The translations under genes were made by a program, and so were the position numbers. A stretch of DNA of 64,000 nucleotides from an uncultured Ignavibacteria bacterium (GTDB lineage: Bacteria; Zixibacteria; MSB-5A5; JAABVY01; JAHJOQ01), in NCBI GenBank assembly GCA_964415885.1, contig CAYQCE010000004.1, positions 35,128 to 99,127 of the forward strand. The letters are read 5' to 3'. The notes beneath the pieces are model-generated. The model saw only the letters and a list, made by a program, of their open reading frames with translations, did not search any database and was not told where the DNA came from. Below are positions 48,313-59,168 of this stretch, piece by piece. The first letter of the stretch is position 1. The number at the start of each line of letters is the position of its first letter.

Positions 48313-49505
48313 TTCACCAGCTTCCGTATGCGATCGAGAATTGCATGCGCCACCTGGAGCTTGGCCATCAATGGAAGCTCCTCCGGCTTCGACCTTCCTT
48401 TCAGCAGAGTAACCTGGTTGGTTGAAGTACCAAACCCCGCGCCCTCCACCGTAGGATTATTCAGGACGATCATATCGAGATTCTTGGATTTGATCTTCTT
48501 GCGGGCATTCGCAATTTCGTCGTCGGTCTCGAGCGCGAAGCCCACCACTATTCGATTCCCCTTGATCCTGCCGACTTCTTTCAATATGTCAACCGTCGGC
48601 TTGAGTTTGAGTGAGATATCCTCGGTCGACTTCTTGATCTTCTTACCGGATGGCGTCTCCGGGGAATAGTCGCTGGGAGCGGCAGCCATTATAAGGATAT
48701 CCGTATCTTCGAATCTTCTCAGCACCTCGGACGCCAACTGTTCGGTCGATACGACCGAGCAAAACTCATCGACTGACGGCGGAATCAAACTGCTCGGTCC
48801 CGAGATCAGGCTGACCTCCGCACCGCGAGCCATCGCGGCCTCGGCGATAGCGTACCCCATCGCTCCGGACGATGGATTGCCGATAAACCTGACCGGATCG
48901 ATGAACTCATATGTCGGTCCGGCTGTCACGAGGATTCTTTTTCCGACGAAATCGGAGCTTCGGGCGAAGACAGCGACTATTCGGTCTACGATCGTGCTCG
49001 TCTCGGGGAATCTGCCGGGCCCGGTCGCCCAACTCGCCAAGTCTCCCTCAATCGGGTCGATGAACTCATAACCGAGCGATTTGAGCTTCTCGACATTGTC
49101 CTGAGTGACAGCGTTCTTCCACATGAACGAGTTCATAGCCGGTGAAAACACAACCGGGCTTTGCGCCGCGCAGATAAGCGTGGTCAGCAGATCATCCGAC
49201 ACACCGGAGGCGACTTTGCCGATGCAGTTGGCCGTAGCCGGCGCCACCAGTATCAAGTCGGCCCATTCCGCAGCGTATATGTGGTGAACCGATGTGAATT
49301 CGCCCCTGGGAAACATCTCCACAGCGACTTCCTTTCCGGAGAGCGACTCGAATGTCAGAGGCGTAACAAACTCGCAGGCTGATTTTGTCATCACGACACG
49401 CACCTCCGCACCCTCGCGGATCATCTCGCGCAACAGATAGCCTGCCTTAAACGCAGCTATACAGCCGGTAATACCATGGATTATCTTTTTGCCGGTGAGA
49501 CGCAC
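48309..49505 (-). CDS. coaBC: Bifunctional phosphopantothenoylcysteine decarboxylase / phosphopantothenate-cysteine ligase
   Basis: 398 aa. N-terminal flavoprotein domain ([10 protein letters not shown]) and C-terminal DFP domain (NPSSGAMG). Confidence 0.93.
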   Translation of the reverse strand: MRLTGKKIIHGITGCIAAFKAGYLLREMIREGAEVRVVMTKSACEFVTPLTFESLSGKEVAVEMFPRGEFTSVHHIYAAEWADLILVAPATANCIGKVASGVSDDLLTTLICAAQSPVVFSPAMNSFMWKNAVTQDNVEKLKSLGYEFIDPIEGDLASWATGPGRFPETSTIVDRIVAVFARSSDFVGKRILVTAGPTYEFIDPVRFIGNPSSGAMGYAIAEAAMARGAEVSLISGPSSLIPPSVDEFCSVVSTEQLASEVLRRFEDTDILIMAAAPSDYSPETPSGKKIKKSTEDISLKLKPTVDILKEVGRIKGNRIVVGFALETDDEIANARKKIKSKNLDMIVLNNPTVEGAGFGTSTNQVTLLKGRSKPEELPLMAKLQVAHAILDRIRKLVK

Positions 49506-49513
49506 TGCAGGTT

Positions 49514-49981
49514 CTAATTCACTGTCTCATCACCCGAGACATTGAACCAGTTAAGGTCAAGCGCCATTGGCACATTCCCGAAGAGAACCGTCGATGCGAG
49601 CATCTTTACGGCCTCCAGATCGACATACTCCGGAGCCATCATAAGCCCGCGCTCGACGACCTGCTCGAGCTCCTCATCGTTCACCAGACCCATCTGATAA
49701 AGCTGGATAAGATAGCCCTGAGCATCGATCGAGAACTGCTGTTTCTCAATCTCGGAGAATATGCGCGGAGGCATCTGCCCGGAATCGTTCGAGAAAAGAA
49801 ACTTCTCACTCCGGGACTGAACCTCTTCGAGGAACCATCCATACGCGGATGATATCTCGCTGTCGGTGAAGCCGAGATTTCTGAGTGATTTGGATATATC
49901 CTCGAGCCGCGCAAGCGAGCCGTTGTGCGACCTAACATGCTGAACCAGGTAAAAGACGATCTCTAAGATCCGATCTCCCAC
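49514..49981 (-). CDS. smg: Smg (DUF494) family protein
   Basis: 155 aa, with the size and N-terminal pattern ILEIVFYLVQH...LRNLGFTDSEISSAYGWF typical of DUF494. Confidence 0.7.
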   Translation of the reverse strand: MGDRILEIVFYLVQHVRSHNGSLARLEDISKSLRNLGFTDSEISSAYGWFLEEVQSRSEKFLFSNDSGQMPPRIFSEIEKQQFSIDAQGYLIQLYQMGLVNDEELEQVVERGLMMAPEYVDLEAVKMLASTVLFGNVPMALDLNWFNVSGDETVN

Positions 49982-50044
49982 TCTCTTCCTCCAAGTTATA
50001 AGGCCAATCTAAGCAATCTGGTCGAAAGCGCAAGGGTAAAAACC

Positions 50045-51628
50045 TCAGTGCTTGAAATGTCTTATTCCGGTGAAAACCATCGCTATCTTGTGCTCGTTTG
50101 CGGCCTGAATTGCCTCGTCATCCCGCTTCGATCCGCCCGGCTGTATGATTGCGCTCACACCCGCTTCGGCAGCGGCATCGACACCATCCCGCATCGGGAA
50201 AAACGCATCCGAGCCCAACACTGCGCCCTTGGCGCGTTCACCTGCCTTATGAGCGGCAAGAAATGAAGCGTCGACACGCGATGTCTGACCGCATCCAACA
50301 CCGACTGTCTGAGTCCCCTGAACAAGCACGATAGCATTAGACTTGATATGTTTGACGATTTGGAATGCAAACAGAAGCGACTTCATCTGCTCATCGGTCG
50401 GCTTGACCTCGGTGACGATCTTCAGGTCGTCTTCTGTAACTCTGTATTTATCAGCCGTTTGCGCCAGAAGACCTCCGCGAAGATACGAGTACTTCATTCC
50501 TGTCTCTCTCTCCACCTTCTCTATTCCGGGCAGCGCGAGAAGACGCCGGGCTTTCTTCTTCTTCATCAGCGCGAATGCTTCATCGGAGTAGCCCGGCGCG
50601 AGCACACATTCCACGAACTGAGTCTCGTGCAACAACTTAGCGGTTTCCATATCCACGAACCGGTTCACGCCGATGATAGAGCCATACGCCGACATCGGAT
50701 CAGACTCCAGCGCACGCTTATAGGCTTCGGCCGGTGTGTCTGCAATCGCCGCACCGCACGGATTTGTGTGTTTGACCACGCATGCGAACGGCTCCTCGAA
50801 ATCGAGGATCATATCGAGCACCGCCTCTATGTCGACGTAATTGTTGTACGAAAGCTCTTTGCCCGAAAGCACCTCGGCATCGACAAGCGATGGCCCGCTG
50901 CGGCCGGTCAGCGAGTAAATCGCGGCTTCCTGATGCGGGTTCTCTCCGTAGCGGAGGCTGCTCTGGCGTGCGAATTCCGGCTTGAAGGTGTCCGGAAGGC
51001 TCTCCGCCTTGTCTTTTTTCTGCCGCGCGAAATAGCCCGCTATCAGCGCGTCGTACCTAGCAGTTAGCTTGAACGCCTGCCTTGCGAGGTCGAATCTTGT
51101 CTCGTACGATACCTCGCCGTCGTTCGCGGCCATCTCCTTCAGGACTTTCGAGTACTGATTCGGGTTGGTTACCGCAACGACATCCTTGTGGTTCTTGGCC
51201 GCCGATCGGACCATGGACGGTCCCCCGATATCAATATTCTCGATAATCTCTTCCTCGGTTGCACCCTTGCGCGCAAGTGTCTCCTCGAACGGATAGAGAT
51301 TAACTACAATCATATCTATCGGCTTCATATCGTGCTCTGCGATCTGCTTACAGTGCTTTTCGTCGTCGCGCTTAAAGAGTATCCCCCCATGCACCGCCGG
51401 ATGCAGGGTCTTCACACGACCATCGAGCATCTCCGGCGCGCCCGTAAACGACGATATCGGTACAACCTGAACACCGGCATCCTTGAGCATTTTCTTCGTG
51501 CCGCCGGTGGAGATTATCTCCACACCCATCTCGGAGAGCTTCTCCGCAAATTCCACAATTCCGGTCTTATCCGAAACGCTGATCAGCGCACGTCTTATGT
51601 TCATCGATTTCTTGTCACTTGCTTCCAT
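50045..51628 (-). CDS. purH: Bifunctional AICAR transformylase / IMP cyclohydrolase
   Basis: 527 aa. [15 protein letters not shown] and the C-terminal FTGIRHFKH. Confidence 0.97.
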   Translation of the reverse strand: MEASDKKSMNIRRALISVSDKTGIVEFAEKLSEMGVEIISTGGTKKMLKDAGVQVVPISSFTGAPEMLDGRVKTLHPAVHGGILFKRDDEKHCKQIAEHDMKPIDMIVVNLYPFEETLARKGATEEEIIENIDIGGPSMVRSAAKNHKDVVAVTNPNQYSKVLKEMAANDGEVSYETRFDLARQAFKLTARYDALIAGYFARQKKDKAESLPDTFKPEFARQSSLRYGENPHQEAAIYSLTGRSGPSLVDAEVLSGKELSYNNYVDIEAVLDMILDFEEPFACVVKHTNPCGAAIADTPAEAYKRALESDPMSAYGSIIGVNRFVDMETAKLLHETQFVECVLAPGYSDEAFALMKKKKARRLLALPGIEKVERETGMKYSYLRGGLLAQTADKYRVTEDDLKIVTEVKPTDEQMKSLLFAFQIVKHIKSNAIVLVQGTQTVGVGCGQTSRVDASFLAAHKAGERAKGAVLGSDAFFPMRDGVDAAAEAGVSAIIQPGGSKRDDEAIQAANEHKIAMVFTGIRHFKH

Positions 51629-51647
51629 GCTTCACCTCTGTGTCGAT

Positions 51648-52547
51648 TCAGGCCGTCAGAATCTCCAGTGCTCTTTGGTATTTCTCGGCCGTCTTCTTAA
51701 CAATATCCGTGGGCAGTTCCGGTCCCGGCGGGGTCTTGTCCCACCCGGATTCCTTGAGCCAGTCTCGTACGAACTGCTTGTCGAAGCTTTTCTGTGCCCT
51801 GCCAGACTCATAATCATCGGCAGGCCAGAAACGGGATGAATCCGGAGTAAGGACCTCATCGATCAGGACGATCTCGTTGTCCTTGAATCCGAACTCGAAC
51901 TTCGTGTCAGCGATAATGATACCTCGGTCGCGAGCATACTCCGATGCTTTCTTGTAGAGCGAAATCGAAATTTCGCGGAGCTTCTTACCGGTCTCCTCAC
52001 CCGTGATCTCGCACATCTCCGCAAACGATATGTTTTCGTCATGGCCGGATTCGGCTTTTGTGGACGGCGTGAAGATCGGCTCCGGAAGCTTGTCCGACTC
52101 GCGGAGATTCTCCGGGAATTCGATTCCGTTGATCTCTAATGGTCCGAACGAATCCTCAATCTCTTTGGAGTATGCTTTCCAGAGCGAACCAGAGATATAG
52201 CCGCGCACTATACACTCGACATCGAGCCGTTTGCACTTCTCGACAACCATAGACCGGCCGTAGAGCATCTCGCGATACTGCTGAAAGTTTTCGACATACT
52301 CGTCCGGATCGGTCGTCACGAAGTGGTTACGCACGATATCAGCCAGATAATCGAACCAGAATTTGGAGATCGATGTCAACACGCTTCCTTTGCCCGGAAT
52401 CGGAGTCGGAAGCACTACGTCGAAAGCCGAAATCCTGTCTGACGCAATGAACAGCAGTTTGTCACCGAGATCATATATCTCGCGGACTTTGCCCCGCGCG
52501 AATTTGTCTAATCCGCTCAGTTCGAATTCCCACTTATCCTCTGCCAT
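51648..52547 (-). CDS. purC: SAICAR synthetase (long form)
   Basis: RGKVREIYD and ASDRISAFD motifs. Start set to ATG 52547, preceded by AGAGGTGA, 4 nt after the purN stop. Confidence 0.93.
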   Translation of the reverse strand: MAEDKWEFELSGLDKFARGKVREIYDLGDKLLFIASDRISAFDVVLPTPIPGKGSVLTSISKFWFDYLADIVRNHFVTTDPDEYVENFQQYREMLYGRSMVVEKCKRLDVECIVRGYISGSLWKAYSKEIEDSFGPLEINGIEFPENLRESDKLPEPIFTPSTKAESGHDENISFAEMCEITGEETGKKLREISISLYKKASEYARDRGIIIADTKFEFGFKDNEIVLIDEVLTPDSSRFWPADDYESGRAQKSFDKQFVRDWLKESGWDKTPPGPELPTDIVKKTAEKYQRALEILTA

Positions 52548-52551
52548 CAAA

Positions 52552-53160
52552 TCACCTCTTGTCACTTTGAATTTCCTCGCAGATTCTTCCAAGCACCTCG
52601 GGGTACACCCTGTGCTCCTGCTCGAGGACCCGTTTCTGCAGACTCTCCGGATCTTCGCCGGGGATCACGGGCACCTCTCTCTGCGCGAGTATCTCACCAT
52701 TGTCATAGATTTCGTCAACTATGTGGACCGTGGGTCCGGAAACCTTCTCACCGGCTTCCAGCACCGCCTGATGAACCCGGAGGCCGTACATCCCCTTGCC
52801 GCCGAACTTCGGCAGCAATGCAGGGTGAATGTTCAGTATACGGTCCCGGTATGCCTTCACCACCTCGGGCGGAATTAGCTTGAGATAGCCGGCAAGACAA
52901 ATAACATCGGTATTGTGTTCTTTCAGCACGTCGAGGAGCCGGGTCGTGTACTCCTCCCGAGAGTCGAAATCCTTCTTGCGTATCACGAGACCCGGAATCC
53001 CGGCGTTTTCCGCACGCGTGAGGCCGTACGCCTTCTTCGAGCTCGAGACCACCACGGCAATCCGTGCAGGATAGTCGGGATCGCCTGCAGAATCGATTAG
53101 AGATTGAAGATTGGTTCCGCCACCGGATATCAAAACGGCGACGTTGAGCTTAGCCTTCAT
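52552..53160 (-). CDS. purN: Phosphoribosylglycinamide formyltransferase
   Basis: 202 aa. VLISGGGTNLQ and NIHPALLPKFGG motifs. Confidence 0.95.
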   Translation of the reverse strand: MKAKLNVAVLISGGGTNLQSLIDSAGDPDYPARIAVVVSSSKKAYGLTRAENAGIPGLVIRKKDFDSREEYTTRLLDVLKEHNTDVICLAGYLKLIPPEVVKAYRDRILNIHPALLPKFGGKGMYGLRVHQAVLEAGEKVSGPTVHIVDEIYDNGEILAQREVPVIPGEDPESLQKRVLEQEHRVYPEVLGRICEEIQSDKR

Positions 53161-54586
53161 CGAGGTACTTCCTCAAAATCTCGTTCGTAACCCTCGGATT
53201 TGCTCTGCCCTTCGTCACCCTCATTACCTGACCGACAAAATGGCCCAGAAGGCCGGTTTTGCCTGACCGGTATAATTTCACATTTTCGGTCTCTCTGTCA
53301 ACAATATCCGAGATTATTTTCGATAGTTCCTCCGGATCGGAAATCTGCCCCAAACCCCGCTTCTTTACAATCTCGAGCGGTGAGCTGCCCGATTCGATCA
53401 TCTCGGCGAATACTTCCTTGGCGATTTTTCCAGAAATCGTCTCGTCTTCCACCGCATTCAGCAGTTCGCCCAGCCGCCTGGCCTCGACCGGAAACTCGGA
53501 TATCGGCATTCCGCGATCTCTCAGAACCGCCAGAACTTCCGTGAGAATCCAGCTCGACGCCCGCGATGGATTCTCGACATGACGCGCCGTCTCCTCGTAG
53601 TAATCCGCCAGTTCCCGGCTGTCGATCAAGATACTCGCGTCACATCGTGGTATCCCGTGCTCGGAGACAAACCGCTCGAACTTCTCATGCGGCAGTTCGG
53701 GCATTTCCGGTTTCGCGCGCGAGACCATCTCGCCGGTTACCCGAAGCGGTGGAATATCCGGTTCGGGGAAGTAGCGATAGTCGTTAGCCTCCTCTTTGGA
53801 TCGCATCGGGATAGTAACCTTCTGTGACTCATTGTAGAGCCGGGTTTCGTGCACCACAGCGCTGTCATGCGACAGAAGCTCGATCTGTCGAGCAATTTCG
53901 AACTCGAGCGCTTTCTGCACGAACTTAAACGAGTTCAGATTCTTCAACTCGACTTTCGTCCCGGGCATTTCGCTGTCGCGCCTATGAACTGATACATTCG
54001 CATCGCACCGAAACGCTCCCTTCTCCATATCCCCCGAGCAGATTCCGAGATATTGAACAAGCCGCCGCAGTGCAACCATGTATTCACAGGCTTCTTCCGG
54101 GCTTCCGATCACAGGTTCCGAGACAATCTCAATCAGCGGCACTCCACACCGGTTGAGATCGACCAGCGAATGATCCGCTCCGGGAACATGCACCGATTTG
54201 CCCGCGTCCTCCTCGAGATGAATTCGCGTTAGTGCGATGGCCCGCTTTTCGTCGCCCATGTACAATAACACCTCGCCGCCTCTGCCGATTGGGCGGTCGT
54301 ACTGCGAGATCTGGTAGCCTTTCGGAAGATCGGGATAAAAGTAGTTCTTGCGCGCGAAGACAGACTCGCGGGCCACATTTCCGCCCACAGCTTCTATCAT
54401 CCGGATCGCGAAATCTACAGCCCGCTGGTTCACGACCGGAAGCGCACCCGGCAGGCCCAGACAGACCGGGCATGTCTGCGTGTTCGGATCCGCGCCGAAC
54501 TCGGTCGAGCAGCCGCAAAACATCTTCGATCCCGTCAATAGCTGCGCGTGAATTTCGAGTCCGATTGTGGGAACGAAATCACTCAT
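53150..54586 (-). CDS. gatB: Asp/Glu-tRNA amidotransferase subunit B
   Basis: 478 aa. PTIGLEIHAQL start and C-terminal YqeY-like domain. Confidence 0.96.
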   Translation of the reverse strand: MSDFVPTIGLEIHAQLLTGSKMFCGCSTEFGADPNTQTCPVCLGLPGALPVVNQRAVDFAIRMIEAVGGNVARESVFARKNYFYPDLPKGYQISQYDRPIGRGGEVLLYMGDEKRAIALTRIHLEEDAGKSVHVPGADHSLVDLNRCGVPLIEIVSEPVIGSPEEACEYMVALRRLVQYLGICSGDMEKGAFRCDANVSVHRRDSEMPGTKVELKNLNSFKFVQKALEFEIARQIELLSHDSAVVHETRLYNESQKVTIPMRSKEEANDYRYFPEPDIPPLRVTGEMVSRAKPEMPELPHEKFERFVSEHGIPRCDASILIDSRELADYYEETARHVENPSRASSWILTEVLAVLRDRGMPISEFPVEARRLGELLNAVEDETISGKIAKEVFAEMIESGSSPLEIVKKRGLGQISDPEELSKIISDIVDRETENVKLYRSGKTGLLGHFVGQVMRVTKGRANPRVTNEILRKYLDEG

Positions 54587-56036
54587 CAGCCCGCTCCACG
54601 CAGTTCTGATATCCCAGTTCGGCCTCGAGCCGTGTAGCTACCCGCAAGATCGAATTCTCGTCGAACGGCCTTCCGACAAGTTGAAATCCAACCGGCATAC
54701 CGTTTTCACCGCGTCCACAAGGTATAGAGATCGCGCACGTTCCGATGAAATTGACCAGTACCGTGTATATATCAGCATGGTACATCGAAATTGGATCTTG
54801 AATTTCTCCCAGACGAATCCCCGATTTCGGAGAAGTCGGCAGTGCTATAATATCCATCTGTTTGAATAGCTGTCCAACCCGCGCGGTCACACTGTCCCTC
54901 ATATCTCTCGCGCGCTGGTAGTACTTGTCGTAGTAGCCGGCAGAGAGAACGTACGTCCCGAGCATTATCCGTCGCTTCACCTCAGCACCAAACCCCTCCG
55001 AGCGCGAGCCGTTGTACATCTCATCCAACGTCGCAGCATCCGCGACTCGATGGCCATACCGGACGCCGTCATATCGCGCCAGATTGGAGGAGGCTTCGGC
55101 CATCGCGATGATATAATACGCTGCGACAACTTCCCGCACATCCGGCAACTCTATATCTCGCATATCGCAGCCGAGAGCGCCGAGCACATCCAGAGTACGA
55201 TCAAATTCTCCGGCAACATCGCTGTCCGCGCCTTCGATATATTCACGCGGGACGCCGACAGTAACATCTCTAAGATCATTTGGAAGGGACGGATCGTATC
55301 GGAACGAATAGTCGACGGACATAGAATCGCGCTCGTCTCTCCCGCAAATAGCCTCGAAAAGAAGGGCTGCATCCTCCACATTTCGCGCAATCGGTCCGAT
55401 CTGATCCAGCGAGGAGGCATACGCAACGAGTCCGTATCGTGACACCGTGCCGTAAGTCGGCTTCAGCCCAACCATACCGCAGAGCGCTGCCGGCTGACGA
55501 ATCGAACCGCCGGTATCCGAACCGAGCGCGAGCGGACATTCCATGGCGGCTACGGATGCCGCAGACCCGCCGGATGAGCCGCCCGGTGAGTAGTCAAGAT
55601 CGATCGGATTTCGACACGGGCCAAACCACGATGTCTCGTTCGTCGAACCCATCGCGAATTCGTCCATGTTGGTCTTGCCGATTATTATCGCGCCCGCATC
55701 GATCAGACAATCCACGACTGTTGCGCTGTATGGAGACATGAATTCGGAGAGAATCCGTGAGCCGCACGTTGTCGGATAACCGCGCAGGCACATATTGTCC
55801 TTGATAGCGATTGGCACCCCAGCGAGCGGCCCTACCTTCCCCTTCCTGCCAAGGAGCTCCCTCACTCTCTTCGCAGATTCTATAGCAAGATCGGGTGTGA
55901 ATGAGATGAAGGCGTTCAGGCGCTCCCGGTTCGAGACGGCGGTATTGACGAACACTTCCGCCGTCTCAATCGGGTCAATATCAAGATTCAGTGTTTTGTC
56001 GCGGATTTCTCGCGCGGAAAACCGGAATAGACTCAT
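54579..56036 (-). CDS. gatA: Asp/Glu-tRNA amidotransferase subunit A (amidase signature)
   Basis: 485 aa. GGSSGGSAASVA amidase signature. Confidence 0.96.
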   Translation of the reverse strand: MSLFRFSAREIRDKTLNLDIDPIETAEVFVNTAVSNRERLNAFISFTPDLAIESAKRVRELLGRKGKVGPLAGVPIAIKDNMCLRGYPTTCGSRILSEFMSPYSATVVDCLIDAGAIIIGKTNMDEFAMGSTNETSWFGPCRNPIDLDYSPGGSSGGSAASVAAMECPLALGSDTGGSIRQPAALCGMVGLKPTYGTVSRYGLVAYASSLDQIGPIARNVEDAALLFEAICGRDERDSMSVDYSFRYDPSLPNDLRDVTVGVPREYIEGADSDVAGEFDRTLDVLGALGCDMRDIELPDVREVVAAYYIIAMAEASSNLARYDGVRYGHRVADAATLDEMYNGSRSEGFGAEVKRRIMLGTYVLSAGYYDKYYQRARDMRDSVTARVGQLFKQMDIIALPTSPKSGIRLGEIQDPISMYHADIYTVLVNFIGTCAISIPCGRGENGMPVGFQLVGRPFDENSILRVATRLEAELGYQNCVERADE

Positions 56037-56045
56037 GAACCGAGT

Positions 56046-57371
56046 TTACAGCATCGGCAGATAAGTGTCAAGCTCGTACCGTGAGACATGCGTCCGGTAT
56101 CCCTCCCACTCGACCTCTTTATTGGCAATGAGAGTGGTGAAGATGTGCTCGCCCAACGTTTCCTTTAGCCATTCCGATTCTCTTGCGATTCGTACCGCAT
56201 TCTCGAGCGTATCCGGCAGAACCTCGAATTCTCTCTTCTCTATCTCATCCGGGGACATATGGAAAATGTTCTGTTCGACCGGTTCCGAAAGCGGATACTT
56301 CTTCTCCATACCGTCCAGGCCGGCGGCGAGCATGACCGCAAATGCAAGATACGGATTGCAGGCCGGATCGGGACTGCGCAGCTCGATTCTCGTAGCCTTT
56401 TCTTTCCCGACGCGGTACATAGGGACGCGTATCAGTGACGAGCGGTTGCGGCGACCCCACGTAACATAGCACGGCGCCTCATAGCCAGGCACGAGACGCT
56501 TGTACGAATTGACCCACTGGTTGGTCACGAGCGTGAATTCGCGTATATGACGCAAAAGCCCCGCCATATAGTGCCTGGCGTCGTCGGACAGGTTGTATTC
56601 GGTGTCCGGGGCGAAGAATATATTCTTGTTACCATTGAAGAGCGACTGGTGCGTGTGCATGCCGTTCCCATTCTGCCCGAATAGCGGCTTGGGCATGAAC
56701 GTGGCATAATAGCCCGCATGCTGTGCGACTTCTTTGACTATCAGACGATAGACCTGCACGGAATCAGCCATCTTGAGCGCTTCCTGATACTGCAGATCGA
56801 TCTCATGCTGACTGTTCGCAACCTCGTGATGAGAGCACTCCACCGGAATGCCCACCTGCTCGAGGAATTTCACCGTCTTCTTGCGCAGACGGACACCCTC
56901 GTCGACTGTCGAATAGTCGAAATAACCGCCGGTGTCCATAGTCTCCGGGTTGTCGCTGCTGCGGAAGTAGAAATACTCGAGCTCCGGGCCTGTGTAGAAG
57001 GTCAGCTTCTTCTCGGTGGCACGCTTCAGATTGCGCCTGAGACACCACCTCGGATCGCCCGCGTACGGGGTCCCATCCGGGTTCTCAATGTCGCAGAACA
57101 TCATGGCGACCCGTTCACCGCCGAGGTCCCACGGAAACACGCAAAATGTCTCGAGATCGGGACGGGCCATCAGGTCCGATTCCTCGATACGAACGAATCC
57201 CTCGATTGAGGAACCATCGAAACCCTGCCCCATTTCAAGGACATTCTCGATCTCGCTTCGAGTAATAGTCATCCCTTTTAGCTGACCGAGAATATCAGTA
57301 AACCAGAGCCGGATATACTTGACCTGGTTATCGTGGATTTCACGCAGAATATCTTCTTTAGTGACCGGCAT
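56046..57371 (-). CDS. glnA: Glutamine synthetase, type I
   Basis: VKYIRLWFTDILGQLKG beta-grasp start and the NGMHTHQSL motif. Start set to ATG 57371, preceded by AAGGAGAGG. Confidence 0.95.
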   Translation of the reverse strand: MPVTKEDILREIHDNQVKYIRLWFTDILGQLKGMTITRSEIENVLEMGQGFDGSSIEGFVRIEESDLMARPDLETFCVFPWDLGGERVAMMFCDIENPDGTPYAGDPRWCLRRNLKRATEKKLTFYTGPELEYFYFRSSDNPETMDTGGYFDYSTVDEGVRLRKKTVKFLEQVGIPVECSHHEVANSQHEIDLQYQEALKMADSVQVYRLIVKEVAQHAGYYATFMPKPLFGQNGNGMHTHQSLFNGNKNIFFAPDTEYNLSDDARHYMAGLLRHIREFTLVTNQWVNSYKRLVPGYEAPCYVTWGRRNRSSLIRVPMYRVGKEKATRIELRSPDPACNPYLAFAVMLAAGLDGMEKKYPLSEPVEQNIFHMSPDEIEKREFEVLPDTLENAVRIARESEWLKETLGEHIFTTLIANKEVEWEGYRTHVSRYELDTYLPML

Positions 57372-57620
57372 TGTCCTCTCCTTCGTCTTCAACGTTTACT
57401 GCCAGTGACTTGCCAAAAGATAGAAAAGAAACTACTCCGCCTCAGGCTCAGATCAACAATAAAGAGCGTGATTTGGTCCAGTTTCGGCGGATACGTCTCG
57501 AAACATCCGACCGGCGAACGAGTTCCCACAAAACAATACACATTAAGTCTTGTTGTTGCGTCGACCCAAACCGGTTATCGCCCATGTACTTTTTCACATA
57601 TAGAGACCGCAACATATTGC

Positions 57621-57649
57621 TTGACAGCAGCTTGCGCTTACGCTACCTT
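57621..57649 (+). promoter_or_regulatory. Candidate sigma-70 promoter of the cytochrome/porin operon
   Basis: TTGACA (57621-57626), 17-nt spacer, TACCTT (57644-57649). Followed by the hairpin GCCGACA-gctcg-TGTCGGC (57661-57679). Confidence 0.4.
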
Positions 57650-57691
57650 TCCAGCGAGAGGCCGACAGCTCGTGTCGGCTTAACTCAACTT

Positions 57692-57707
57692 TGTGAATAC
57701 TTTCACT
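57692..57707 (+). promoter_or_regulatory. CRP/FNR-type palindromic box (TGTGAA-TACT-TTCACT)
   Basis: TGTGA-N6-TCAC dyad 24 nt upstream of the cytochrome ATG. The extended word TGTGAA-N4-TTCACTTAC is identical at 15 fixed positions to the box at 13349-13367 (minus strand). Confidence 0.45.
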
Positions 57708-57730
57708 TACTACAATCGGAAAGGACTCCG

Positions 57731-59137
57731 ATGATCTCCAAAATCAAAATGCATCCACTCGCATCTGCGGGCTTTACGGCGATGGCGATCCTGCTCGGCA
57801 TTTTCGTCATTGTTTCCGGTGGTGCAGTTGCGGAGGATGAGACGGGATTTCCACACGCAGGCGATGCCGCTCTCGGCACGAGATCGTATGATGACTACGA
57901 CACGCCCAGGTATTGTGGGACTTCGTGCCACATCGATCTCTACCGACAGTGGGAGCAGGCTATGATGTCGCAGGCGTATACCCATCACTGGGATGAGATC
58001 GAGTATTTCAAACTCGCCGTACCGCACGCGGAGAGAGACACAGTGGTTGCGGGGGTCAAGGCTGGCTGCAACGGCTGTCATTCGCCGCTCGCATTTCTTT
58101 CCGGCGATGTTCCGCCGCCCAAACCGGAGGAGGGCAGCCGCGCCAACGAATCGGTCTCGTGCGAGGTCTGCCACACAATAACCGGATTCGTGGGCGACAC
58201 ACCGTACAACTACAACTGGGTCAGTGAACCGGGCGACAAGAAATATGGCCCGAGATCGACCGGCGAATCACCTGCGCATGATATGGTCAAGTCCGACTTC
58301 CTCGATGATGCCGAATTCTGTGGCACGTGTCATAACGAGCAGAGCCCGTATGGCATCTGGGTCAAATCCACGCATCTCGAATGGAAAGACGGACCCTACG
58401 CGGTGGAGGATGTGAGGTGCCACGACTGCCATATGACGTATGCTCCCGGCGTCTCCGCACAGATGGGTAACGAGTACCCCGATGTCCGTCAGCATCTCTT
58501 TCACGGCGCGCACGATCCCGGAAAGATTGCGGGCACTATCGAGCTTCGAATCCACCCGGACATCAGGGAAGTGGAACCCGGCGGAACTGTCAGGTTCACA
58601 CTGGCGCTGTTCAACCAGAAGACAGGTCACAAATTTCCAACGGGATCCGTTGAAGACCGCATAGTCTGGCTGCATGTCGAGGCGAAAGATGCGGATGGAC
58701 ATACCTATCATCTGCCTGTCGACAAGAAGGGTTTCGATGGTGAGGAGTATACGATCGGCGATTCGGTCCTCGCATATCAGGATATGGGAATAGCATTCGA
58801 CGATCCCGACTTCGAGGGCGTGCAGCGAGACGGTATCCCGGTCGGGGATCGCATATACCGCATGCCCTACTTCGATCCGCAGGGGCGAATGACGATCATG
58901 CAGTGGAATACGAAGTCACTCGGCGTCGACTATCGCATCGGGCCGCGTGAGACCAAACTCGAGACATTCACATTCGATCTACCCTTCGAGGCAGCACCGG
59001 GCAAGATGACCGTGACGGCCACGCTGAATTACCAGAAGCTGGTAGCACCGGTAGCGGAATTTCTCGAGGTGCCCGATGAGGAGGCCGAGGTCGTAGTCGT
59101 GAACACACACTCTACGGAGATAGAGGTACTGCCATAG
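57731..59137 (+). CDS. Exported multihaem c-type cytochrome (4 CxxCH plus 1 CxxxCH)
   Basis: Start at ATG 57731 after AAGGA. Hydrophobic N-terminus AMAILLGIFVIVSGGAVA. Haem motifs CGTSCH (CX3CH), CNGCH, CEVCH, CGTCH and CHDCH. The C-terminal ~200 aa are beta-rich and contain no haem motifs. Confidence 0.85.
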   Translation: MISKIKMHPLASAGFTAMAILLGIFVIVSGGAVAEDETGFPHAGDAALGTRSYDDYDTPRYCGTSCHIDLYRQWEQAMMSQAYTHHWDEIEYFKLAVPHAERDTVVAGVKAGCNGCHSPLAFLSGDVPPPKPEEGSRANESVSCEVCHTITGFVGDTPYNYNWVSEPGDKKYGPRSTGESPAHDMVKSDFLDDAEFCGTCHNEQSPYGIWVKSTHLEWKDGPYAVEDVRCHDCHMTYAPGVSAQMGNEYPDVRQHLFHGAHDPGKIAGTIELRIHPDIREVEPGGTVRFTLALFNQKTGHKFPTGSVEDRIVWLHVEAKDADGHTYHLPVDKKGFDGEEYTIGDSVLAYQDMGIAFDDPDFEGVQRDGIPVGDRIYRMPYFDPQGRMTIMQWNTKSLGVDYRIGPRETKLETFTFDLPFEAAPGKMTVTATLNYQKLVAPVAEFLEVPDEEAEVVVVNTHSTEIEVLP

Positions 59138-59168
59138 AACAGGGATAGAAATTAGCAAGGAGATTCGA

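Noticed and set aside
54579-57371. Absence of gatC between glnA and gatA
   Set aside because: gatC is a small gene that is frequently encoded elsewhere, so its absence from a 9-nt gap is not informative.
57371-57730. 120-aa N-terminal extension of the cytochrome ORF in the ORF track
   Set aside because: The extension overlaps the glnA start region and contains the predicted promoter. It has no signal peptide, whereas the ATG at 57731 has an SD and is followed immediately by a hydrophobic export signal.
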